From the NCBI GenBank assembly GCA_031423255.1, contig JANPFD010000042.1, forward strand, positions 24,356 to 88,355: a stretch of DNA of 64,000 bases. The letters run 5' to 3'. Positions 43,820 to 51,905 of this stretch are shown here, piece after piece (within the stretch, counting starts at the first letter, position 1; the number at the start of each line of letters is the position of its first letter). This stretch comes from Myxococcales bacterium (GTDB lineage Bacteria > Myxococcota_A > Polyangia > Fen-1088). The position numbers and the translations under genes are program-made. Under the pieces are notes generated by a model. The model saw nothing but the letters and a program-made list of their open reading frames with translations, was not told where the DNA came from and made no database searches.

Positions 43820-44143
43820 ATGGAGCTCACGAAGAAGAAGTGCGTTCCGTGCGACAAGGGCACGCCGGCCCTCGATCGCGGCCAGGTCCACCTGCTGATG
43901 GGCGAGGTGAAGGGGTGGGAGGTGCTGGACGACAACCGCAAGCTGCACAAGCAGTACAAGTTCAAGGACTTCCGTCAGGCGCTCGCGTTCGTGGTGAAGA
44001 TGGGAATGGTTGCCGAGGCGGAGGACCATCACCCGGACTTCACCGTCCACTACAACCTCGTGGACGTCACGCTGTGGACCCACACCGTCGGAGGCCTGTC
44101 CGAGAACGACTTCATCGTCGCTGCCAAGGTCGACCAGCTCTAA
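43820..44143 (+). CDS. Pterin-4-alpha-carbinolamine dehydratase
   Basis: EDHHPDF...TLWTH...GLSENDF is the canonical PCD/DCoH sequence. 107 aa. Confidence 0.85.
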   Translation: MELTKKKCVPCDKGTPALDRGQVHLLMGEVKGWEVLDDNRKLHKQYKFKDFRQALAFVVKMGMVAEAEDHHPDFTVHYNLVDVTLWTHTVGGLSENDFIVAAKVDQL

Positions 44144-44144
44144 C

Positions 44145-46052
44145 GTGGCCCGGATTCTTTTCGTCGCCGGAGAGGGCCCAGCCCGGTCCGAAACGGCCCT
44201 GGCACTGCGCCGCCTGACCAGTCACGAGATCTCCGAGGCGGCGAACGGAGCGGCGGCGCTCGAGGCCGTCGGCCGCAAGCCCTTCGATCTGGTGCTGCTG
44301 GACGTGGTGCTGACGGGGATCGACGGCTTCGAGGTCTGCCGCCGCATCCGCAACGAGCCTCGTACCGCGGACGTGCTGGTGGTGTTCGTCACCGCCGCCC
44401 ATGGCCACGTGGAGAACCGGCTGCGCGGGTTGGACCTGGGCGCGGCAGATTTCATCGTCGAACCCATCGATCAGCTCGAGCTGGTGGCGCGCATCGGCTC
44501 GGTGCTGCGATCGAAGTCGCTGGCCGACGAGGTGCGCCGCCACAACATCGAGCTGGGCGAGAAGGTGGTCGAGCGGACGCGCCAGCTCGAGGAGCTGGCG
44601 AGCGAGCTTCGCATCGAGCGCGATGCTCTGCGCGAGACCTTCGATCTGTTCGAGGAGGCGTTGCTGCTGCTCGATGGCGCCGGGCGGATCCAGATGGGGA
44701 ACGCCGCCGGACGGAAGCTGCTCGACGATCCGGCGGTGGACGAGAGCGTGCAGGGCGCGTTGCGCGAGCTGGCCGGCCAGGCGATCGGCACCGGCGCCGT
44801 GTGTGATCGCAGCGTCTCCCACAGTGGTCGGCAGTTGCAGGCACGGGCGTACCCTGCGGCGGGGCGGCGGGCGCTGCTCTACGTTCGCGACATCACCGAG
44901 CAGCGCGACGAGGAGGTGCGGCGTCTGCAGTCCGAGAAGCTGGCGTCGATCGGCATGCTGGCCGCGGGCGTGGCGCACGAGATCAACAACCCGGCCTCGT
45001 TCGTGCTGGCGAACATGGACGCGCTGGGGACGCTCCTGGGAGCGCTGCGCGAACGGCTCGACGGCGATCCGCGCCTGTTCGAGGCCATGACCATCCTCCA
45101 GGAATCGAAGGAAGGGATGGCCCGCATCTACCGGATCGTGCGCGACCTGCATTCGTTCTCGCGCGTGGACGACGAGCCGACGGCGACCAGCGACATCAAC
45201 GCGGCGATCGAATCGGCTCTGACGATGCTTCGCAACGAGTTGCGGTACCGCACCGTCGTCGAGCGGGAGTTGCACGCCGAGCAGCCGGTGCGGGTCAGTG
45301 CGGCGCGTCTCGGGCAGGTGTTCCTGAACCTCATCATCAACGCGGCCCATGCGCTGCCCGAGGGGAATCTGAAGGGCAACCGCCTCAAGGTGCGGAGCCG
45401 CGACGACGGCCCGTTCGTCGTGGTGGAGATCGAGGACAACGGGCCCGGCATCCCGATCGAGGTCATGCCGCGCATCTTCGAGTCGTTCTTCACCACCAAG
45501 CCGGCGGGGGTGGGCACCGGGCTGGGGCTGGCGATCTCGCGTGAGATCATCCGCTCCGTCGGTGGCGAGCTGGAGGCAGAGAGCCAGCCGGGCAAAGGCG
45601 CGCTGTTCCGTGTGAAGGTGCCGGCGCTGGAGGGAGCGCGCCCCGACGAGGTGACCCCGACGCCGCTGCCCATGGTGCGCCGGAGGCGGCGCCTGCTGGC
45701 GGTCGACGACGAGGCGTTGTTGCTGAAGGCCTACCGCCGCATGCTCAGCGAGCACCACGACGTCGAGACCCGGGTGGGCGCGCGCGAGGCGTTGGCGCTC
45801 TTCGAGAGCGACCGCCACTTCGACGTGGTGCTGTGCGACTTGCAGATGCCCGAGGTGTCGGGCGCCGAGCTCTACGCCTCGGTGAAAACGCAATGGCCCG
45901 AGCTGGCCGAGCGCTTCGTCTTCATCACGGGCGGTGCCTTCTCGCCGGAGGCGCGGCGGTTTCTCGACGAGACCGCGGTGGCCCGCATCCACAAGCCGGT
46001 CCATGTCGCCGAACTCCTGGAGCTGATCGAGCGCCGTGCCGCCCGTGCCTGA
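44145..46052 (+). CDS. Hybrid sensor histidine kinase/response regulator (REC-PAS-HisKA-HATPase-REC)
   Basis: GTG start 2 nt after the dehydratase stop. N-terminal receiver (LLDVVLTGIDG). H-box VAHEINNP. N/G boxes (EDNGPGIP, GTGLGLAIS). C-terminal receiver (DVVLCDLQMP). Confidence 0.8.
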   Translation: MARILFVAGEGPARSETALALRRLTSHEISEAANGAAALEAVGRKPFDLVLLDVVLTGIDGFEVCRRIRNEPRTADVLVVFVTAAHGHVENRLRGLDLGAADFIVEPIDQLELVARIGSVLRSKSLADEVRRHNIELGEKVVERTRQLEELASELRIERDALRETFDLFEEALLLLDGAGRIQMGNAAGRKLLDDPAVDESVQGALRELAGQAIGTGAVCDRSVSHSGRQLQARAYPAAGRRALLYVRDITEQRDEEVRRLQSEKLASIGMLAAGVAHEINNPASFVLANMDALGTLLGALRERLDGDPRLFEAMTILQESKEGMARIYRIVRDLHSFSRVDDEPTATSDINAAIESALTMLRNELRYRTVVERELHAEQPVRVSAARLGQVFLNLIINAAHALPEGNLKGNRLKVRSRDDGPFVVVEIEDNGPGIPIEVMPRIFESFFTTKPAGVGTGLGLAISREIIRSVGGELEAESQPGKGALFRVKVPALEGARPDEVTPTPLPMVRRRRRLLAVDDEALLLKAYRRMLSEHHDVETRVGAREALALFESDRHFDVVLCDLQMPEVSGAELYASVKTQWPELAERFVFITGGAFSPEARRFLDETAVARIHKPVHVAELLELIERRAARA

Positions 46053-46443
46053 ACCTCGCCCTCGTACGCTCGTGGTGGCGGCGCTGATCGAGCGCGACGG
46101 GCGCATCCTGATGTCCCAACGTCGCGCCGACCAGTCGCTGCCGCTGTGCTGGGAGTTCCCCGGCGGCAAGGTCGAGCCGGGCGAGGCGCCCGTCGCCGCC
46201 CTCGTGCGCGAGATCCGCGAGGAGCTCGGGTGCGAAGTGGCCGTCGGCTCGGTCCACGAGGTGGTCTTTCACGCCTATGACAGCTTCGATCTCTACATGC
46301 TGGTCTACCAGGCGGCGATCACCGCAGGTGAGCCCCGCGCGGTCGAGGTTGCCGCGGTCGCCTGGTACCCGCCGATGGAGATCCCGCGACTGAACCTGCC
46401 GCCGGCGGACTATCCACTGGCTCAGAAGCTGGCGCGCCGGTAG
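46036..46443 (+). CDS. NUDIX hydrolase (MutT-like)
   Basis: Nudix box GGKVEPGEAPVAALVREIREELG. Confidence 0.7.
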   Translation: MPPVPEPRPRTLVVAALIERDGRILMSQRRADQSLPLCWEFPGGKVEPGEAPVAALVREIREELGCEVAVGSVHEVVFHAYDSFDLYMLVYQAAITAGEPRAVEVAAVAWYPPMEIPRLNLPPADYPLAQKLARR

Positions 46444-48050
46444 CGGCCGTCGCCGTCGGCGTCGACCCAGATCGGATTGGTCGAGCCGATCACGTACGGT
46501 GTCCAGGTGTTCGTGGTTGGCTTGTACGGACGCGGGATCGGCCAGAACGGGGCCGTGACGCCCGGGCCGGTGGCAACGGCGACCAGGTACACGTCCTGCG
46601 AAGGATGAAGGCGCCAGGTCATCCGCGCCTTCTCGCCAGGGCGACCGGTGGGCGCGACCGGCTCGTCGCGCAGCAGGACGCCGTTGCCGTACAGCCTCAC
46701 CCGGTCGACGCTGGTCCACGACGGCCCGAGCACCGAGACCTTCACCTCCAGGTCCGATCCGGTGACCAGCTCACCGACGCTGCGGCCGTTCACGGTCATC
46801 TGCACCAGCAGCCCCAGGCTGACCAGGGTTCGCCCGTCACGGAAGGCGGCCGACGCCTCGGCGACGTCGATGCGATCGGGGTGGCCGTCGGCGCACGCGG
46901 CGTAGGTCCTCCCCTGGCCGACGATCAGCTGGTTGACGTGGTGGCTGTCGCTGGCGCCGACGCCGAACAGGCGATGCCCCCGGTCGAGAAGCTCGAACCA
47001 GTCGCGGTAGACGTCCAACGCCTCCGAGCGCATGGTGCCCGAGTTCACCAGCTCGACCGCGTCCACAGTCGGTGGCGCCTCCAGATGGGCGAACGGCACG
47101 AAGCCGCCGAAGTCGTCGCGGGGGTGGTTCAGGATCACCACCTGGACGCCCGGGGTTCGGCGCATCGCCGCCATCAACGCCGGCCAGTTCTTCAGCCCGG
47201 GGTCGGGGGTGGGGCTGCCGGGTACGACTGGCCAGGTGATGAAGTGGCCGATCGAGGTGGTGACCTCGTTGCCCAGCACGGGCGTGAATCGATCGCGCAC
47301 CCCCATGCGCTGTGCGGCCTCCTCGTAACCCGAATGCTGGTTGTGCTCGGAGGCCACGGCCAGCTCGATCCCTTCGCCGGCCAGGGTCAGCACGCGCTCG
47401 TCGGCGGTGGCGTCGCCGTGGCGGCTGAAGGTGAGGGTGTGGACGTGGGTGTCGACGCTGACCAGGCCCGGGGTGGGCACCTCGCGCATGAGGCGCAGGG
47501 TCACCGCGGCGCGTCCGCCTCCCACCAGCGTCACCCGTTTCTGGTCCACCCCCCACTCGAAGCCGCGCGAGGCGTAGACCGTGTATCGACCCGCGGGCAG
47601 CCGGAACCGGGCCCGGCCGTCCCCGGTGTAGACCACGCCGGGTCGCACGGCCAGGCGCTGGCCGGACTCGGCGGTGAGCTGTGGCAGGTATCCGTGTTCA
47701 TCGACCACGGTGATCCGCGCCGGCGTGTTGACGGACACCTCGAGGCGGGCATCGCTGGTCGACACCGCCAGCGGGCGCGGGTCGACGCGGATCGGTCCGA
47801 CCCGGATCTCCTCGGCTTTCGACGGCTCGAGCGCGATCAGGTTCTCTCCGTTTCGAAGCACGCCCGCAGGCACGGCCAGCGCCGTGATCGTCGGCTGGTC
47901 CTGGACCTGCAGATCGCCCAGGCGCCGGCCGTTCACGTCCACGCGCCAGACCGCGCGCACGCCCTCGTGAGCCAGGTGCAGCGTGTGCTCGGCCGTGTTG
48001 GCGTGGGCCGTCAGCCGGAACGTCAAGGCGAAGAACAGCGACACGAGCAT
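46422..48050 (-). CDS. Secreted PHP-like (CehA/McbA-type) metallohydrolase
   Basis: Signal peptide. VDTHVHTLTFSRHGD and ASEHNQHSGY His-rich metal motifs. 542 aa. Tentative. Confidence 0.4.
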   Translation of the reverse strand: MLVSLFFALTFRLTAHANTAEHTLHLAHEGVRAVWRVDVNGRRLGDLQVQDQPTITALAVPAGVLRNGENLIALEPSKAEEIRVGPIRVDPRPLAVSTSDARLEVSVNTPARITVVDEHGYLPQLTAESGQRLAVRPGVVYTGDGRARFRLPAGRYTVYASRGFEWGVDQKRVTLVGGGRAAVTLRLMREVPTPGLVSVDTHVHTLTFSRHGDATADERVLTLAGEGIELAVASEHNQHSGYEEAAQRMGVRDRFTPVLGNEVTTSIGHFITWPVVPGSPTPDPGLKNWPALMAAMRRTPGVQVVILNHPRDDFGGFVPFAHLEAPPTVDAVELVNSGTMRSEALDVYRDWFELLDRGHRLFGVGASDSHHVNQLIVGQGRTYAACADGHPDRIDVAEASAAFRDGRTLVSLGLLVQMTVNGRSVGELVTGSDLEVKVSVLGPSWTSVDRVRLYGNGVLLRDEPVAPTGRPGEKARMTWRLHPSQDVYLVAVATGPGVTAPFWPIPRPYKPTTNTWTPYVIGSTNPIWVDADGDGRYRRASF

Positions 48051-48090
48051 CCATCCCCCTGACGGCCGGCCGGCGCCCGCCGCGACACCC

Positions 48091-48972
48091 TCAGCGTCTT
48101 TTCCTCAGGATGTCGCGCATGTTCAGCTGGACCTGGCTCTGGACCAGCACCATGAGGCTATCCAGCTCGGCGGTCGAGACGCGCAGCTTCTCGGTCAAGA
48201 GCTCGCGTGTGCGGGCGAGGATCTGTTCGCGCAGGTCGGCCAGCCAGCGCTGCACGGTCCGCCCCGATACCTTGTACATCACTCCGATCGCCTCGGCGGG
48301 CAGCCCGTCCAGGAAGTGCAGGCGCAGGATGTTGGAGTCGCGCGCCGCCAGACCCGCGAGCGTGGCCCGGAACGCTTCCTCGAGCTCGTGGCGGTAGCGT
48401 GTCTTCAGGTAGTCCAGCTCGGGATCGGGCGCGGCCGACGGCAGAAGCTCCGCATCGGCGATGGGGCTGTCCTCCGAGGCGCGCTCTCGGCGCAGGTCCA
48501 CGGCCACCCGGGTGGCCACCATGCGCAGCCAGCCGCCCAGCGGACCGCGTCCGTTGTAGCGGCCGATGCGCGGCAGGATGTCGCCGTCGGTGAGAAGGAG
48601 GCGCGTCCGCAGAGCCTGCTTCACCTCGTCGGTGAAACCGGCAAGCGCATCCGCGCGACCCAGGAAGCTCGCCACCTCGGACAGGAAATGGCGATCGAAG
48701 GCGGCCAGCGCGCGCGGATCGCCGCCCAGGCACGCGCAGGCCAGGAACAGATCGGGCCCGTGAACTGCGCCCAGGGCTGCCACGGCGTCGCCTTCCTCGG
48801 GCAGGCGCTCGGCAAGGTGTTGCAAGAAGGTGTCGTCATCCAGCGCGACGTCGGGCCACGCCACCCGCGCTGCGCCGAGCAGCTCGCCGAGACGCTCTTC
48901 CAGTCGCGGGTCGGCGGCCAGAGCCTCCTTGCCGTTCTTCACATGCTGCAGGAACAGCGCCGCGCGCGCCAT
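48091..48972 (-). CDS. RNA polymerase sigma factor, ECF-like (sigma-70 family) with an N-terminal extension
   Basis: Region-4 HTH ILRLHFLDGLPAEAIGVMYKVSGRTVQRWLADLREQI. Region-2-like GWLRMVATRVAVDLRRER. The start is 42 nt from the divergent kinase gene. The track ORF is over-extended to 49791. Confidence 0.6.
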   Translation of the reverse strand: MARAALFLQHVKNGKEALAADPRLEERLGELLGAARVAWPDVALDDDTFLQHLAERLPEEGDAVAALGAVHGPDLFLACACLGGDPRALAAFDRHFLSEVASFLGRADALAGFTDEVKQALRTRLLLTDGDILPRIGRYNGRGPLGGWLRMVATRVAVDLRRERASEDSPIADAELLPSAAPDPELDYLKTRYRHELEEAFRATLAGLAARDSNILRLHFLDGLPAEAIGVMYKVSGRTVQRWLADLREQILARTRELLTEKLRVSTAELDSLMVLVQSQVQLNMRDILRKRR

Positions 48973-49014
48973 GACGCTCCTTCTTGCCCGCCTCTGCCCC
49001 GCACTGCAAGCTGG

Positions 49015-50985
49015 ATGGCGGTGACGCGCGCGGCAGCCGGTTGCTTGAACGACGACGTCATCTGGCGCTTCGTTCAGGGCGAGTTGCCGGACGATCAGGC
49101 GCGCGGCGCGGACGAGCATCTGACCCGGTGCGCGGATTGCCGGAACGTCGTCGCCGAGACTGCGCGCTTCCTCTACCAGAAGACCGCCACCACCGTCGGC
49201 CGTTACGTGATCGCGCGGCCGCTGGGCGCGGGTGCTGCCGGTGTGGTGTACGAGGCGCACGATCCGCAGTTGCGCCGCAAGATAGCGCTGAAGCTCATCC
49301 GCCCCGCCGCCGACGCCGCAGCCGCCGAGGATCGCATGGCCCGGCTCTTGACCGAAGCCCAGGCCATGGCGCGGCTGTCGCATCCGAACGTCGTGGCTGT
49401 GCACGACGCCGGAACCCACGAAGGACAGGTCTTCGTGGCGATGGAACTGGTCGACGGGCGCACGCTGGCCGACTGGCTCCGCGACAGAGCCCACGGGCGC
49501 GACGAGATCCTGGATGTCTTCGTCGCGGCGGGACGGGGACTGGCGGCGGCGCACGCGGCCGGCCTGGTCCACCGGGACTTCAAGCCGGACAACGTGCTCA
49601 TCGGAGCCGACGGACGCGCGCGGGTGACCGACTTCGGGCTGGCGACGGGGGCGGGCACGTCGGTCGAGCCTGGCATCGCCGGTACGCCCAGCTTCATGTC
49701 GCCCGAGCAATGGATGGGGCGCGAGGCCGATGCGCGCAGCGACCAGTTCAGCTTCTGCGTCGCCCTTTACGCCGCGCTGACCGGCCGCCATCCCTTCGAC
49801 GCCGGCAAGAGCATCGGCAGCCTGGCCGAGCAGGTGCTTGCCGGCGCCGTGGCCGAGGACAAGGGCCTTTCGCGCTGGCTCCGGACGGTGCTGCTGCGCG
49901 GGCTGTCGGTGGATCCGGCCCGTCGCTTCGGGTCGGTGGACGAACTCCTCGGGTCGCTGGAACGAGGGCGCATGGTGGCGCGACGGCTCCGGCGTGCGTT
50001 CGCGGCGGCGTTGTTACTTCTGGCGATCGGCGGCATCCGCGTTTTCGGCGCCGCCGGCGCGTGCGGCAACGGCAAGCTCGAGCCGGCCGAGGAGTGCGAC
50101 GACGGCAACCGCTCCGACGGCGACGGCTGCCTCGCCACCTGCCGCGCCGCCACCTGCGGCGATGGCAGGCAGCGGACCGCCGTCGAGGAATGCGACGACG
50201 GCAACCGCGTCGATGGCGACGCCTGCAACAACCAGTGCCTGCGCTGCGCCCCCGGTTTCAGCTGGCCAGACAACGGTCACTGCTACGTCCGCCACGAGAC
50301 GGTCTTGCCCTGGGACCAGGCGGCGCGCACCTGCCGCGACGGGGGCGGCCACCTGGTCACCTACAATGCCTACGCCGAGATGACGGCGGTCATCGACCGG
50401 TTGCTCGCCACCACCGACGGGACGTACTGGACCGGCCTGCGCGATCAGGGCGGCTACGGATGGCTGACGCGCGAGCCGCTGACCTTCGGCTTCCGCGGCT
50501 GGGGCACGCCCACGCCCCCGCCGGGCCAGTGCGCGGCAGGCTCGGCAAAGACGCCGTGGGTGGTCGAGCCTTGCGTCGCGCCCCGCGGTTTCATGTGCGA
50601 ACGGCCTGGCTGGGCCATCGCCCCCGGCAGCCGTCACGCCTACCAGGCATTCTACGGCGAGCCGCGCTGGGAGGCCGCGCGCGACGCCTGCGTGCGGTTC
50701 GGCGCGGGCGTCCACCTGGCCACCATCGCCGATGCCGAGGAGAACGCCTTCGTCGCCGGGAAATTCTTCGGCGCCCACTGGGTCGGCGCGACGAAGATCG
50801 ACGGCGCTTTCCGCTGGATCACCGGCCCCCCCTTCGATCCCGCTCTGTTCGCGGAGGGCGATCCCGATCTGAATGCGGTCCCCGCCTGCGTGGCCATCGG
50901 GGAGGATCGTCGCCTGCACGACCGCCAGTGCGACGGTTCGGACGGCGGCCCGCAGGGCTACGGCTACATCTGCGAGGTCGACTGA
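49015..50985 (+). CDS. Transmembrane Ser/Thr protein kinase with an N-terminal anti-sigma (zf-HC2-like) motif, extracellular Myxococcus-type Cys-rich repeats and two C-type lectin-like domains
   Basis: N-terminus HLTRCADC (H-x3-C-x2-C). Kinase motifs GAGAAGVVYEA, HRDFKPDNVL, DFG, SPE. One transmembrane segment (AFAAALLLLAIGGIRVF). Two CGNG/CGDG...EECDDGN repeats. Two C-type lectin-like domains (WTGLRD...W...C; WVGATKIDGAFRW...ICE). Confidence 0.75.
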   Translation: MAVTRAAAGCLNDDVIWRFVQGELPDDQARGADEHLTRCADCRNVVAETARFLYQKTATTVGRYVIARPLGAGAAGVVYEAHDPQLRRKIALKLIRPAADAAAAEDRMARLLTEAQAMARLSHPNVVAVHDAGTHEGQVFVAMELVDGRTLADWLRDRAHGRDEILDVFVAAGRGLAAAHAAGLVHRDFKPDNVLIGADGRARVTDFGLATGAGTSVEPGIAGTPSFMSPEQWMGREADARSDQFSFCVALYAALTGRHPFDAGKSIGSLAEQVLAGAVAEDKGLSRWLRTVLLRGLSVDPARRFGSVDELLGSLERGRMVARRLRRAFAAALLLLAIGGIRVFGAAGACGNGKLEPAEECDDGNRSDGDGCLATCRAATCGDGRQRTAVEECDDGNRVDGDACNNQCLRCAPGFSWPDNGHCYVRHETVLPWDQAARTCRDGGGHLVTYNAYAEMTAVIDRLLATTDGTYWTGLRDQGGYGWLTREPLTFGFRGWGTPTPPPGQCAAGSAKTPWVVEPCVAPRGFMCERPGWAIAPGSRHAYQAFYGEPRWEAARDACVRFGAGVHLATIADAEENAFVAGKFFGAHWVGATKIDGAFRWITGPPFDPALFAEGDPDLNAVPACVAIGEDRRLHDRQCDGSDGGPQGYGYICEVD

Positions 50986-50988
50986 GCG

Positions 50989-51888
50989 TTACTGATTTCC
51001 TCGGGCGAGCGCCGCCATCTCCATGGGCGTGAGCGCACGGTTGTAGATACGCACGTCGTCGATGAGCCCCTCGAACGGACTCGTCCCCATGGCCCTTCCA
51101 ATCTCGAGGGGGCTGGTGCCGTTTCCGGTCGGCACGGGTCCAGGCGCCGCCTCCTTGTCGATGGCACCATCCACATACAGCGACAGCCTCGGGCCCTCCC
51201 TCACCAGGGCCACATGTGTCCAGGTTTGCGGCGTCACCTTCCGGTTTCCGTTCACGGTGAACGGGGTGTTTCCGGCGAAGATCGTTCCGCGCATGGTCCC
51301 GATCGAATCCAGGCGCAAGAAGTATCCATTCTGCGGCCCCGCGTCCACGGTCTCCCACTTCTCCACGACGCCGCGGAAAGCGGTCCCTCCGATCGTCGTC
51401 GGGCGCACCCAGGCGGCGATGGTGAAGTTGCCGGTCAGGCTGAGGGTCGGCGAATCCGGCACGCGCACGCCCGGGTTTCCCTGCGGGAATTCCAGGCTGC
51501 GCGGATTGGGAAACATCACCGGCGCCGTGATGGTCGAGCTCATCGGCCCCCCCATGTGCATGCCGTGGTTCCCGCTGCCTGAAGAGTCCATGACCATCAT
51601 CGACCCCACGGCATCGTCGAGCCGCCAGTGAGCGACGATGCCGACCATCAGATTGACGGGCGGTGCGACGTCCGGCGGAGGCGCCATGTCCACGTTCGGA
51701 GCCGGCGCGCGATCGAGGGCACCGGGGATGTCCGCGCGCGCGCCGGCCTCGCGCGTGTCAGGCACCGGGCCATCCTTGGTGGTCGTCTGCCCCGCGTCCT
51801 GCTCGGTCACCAGCCCCGCCGGCCTGTTCAGATCCACACACCCCGACAAGGCGAGAGCGAGCAGAGGCGTCAGCCGCATGCCTCCCAT
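50989..51888 (-). CDS. LamG/concanavalin-A-like domain lipoprotein
   Basis: Lipobox MGGMRLTPLLALALSGC. FTIAAWVRPTT, WTHVALVREGPRLSLYVDGA, LIDDVRIYNRALTPMEMAALA. Confidence 0.6.
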   Translation of the reverse strand: MGGMRLTPLLALALSGCVDLNRPAGLVTEQDAGQTTTKDGPVPDTREAGARADIPGALDRAPAPNVDMAPPPDVAPPVNLMVGIVAHWRLDDAVGSMMVMDSSGSGNHGMHMGGPMSSTITAPVMFPNPRSLEFPQGNPGVRVPDSPTLSLTGNFTIAAWVRPTTIGGTAFRGVVEKWETVDAGPQNGYFLRLDSIGTMRGTIFAGNTPFTVNGNRKVTPQTWTHVALVREGPRLSLYVDGAIDKEAAPGPVPTGNGTSPLEIGRAMGTSPFEGLIDDVRIYNRALTPMEMAALARGNQ

Positions 51889-51905
51889 TCTACGCTTGCG
51901 CGCCG

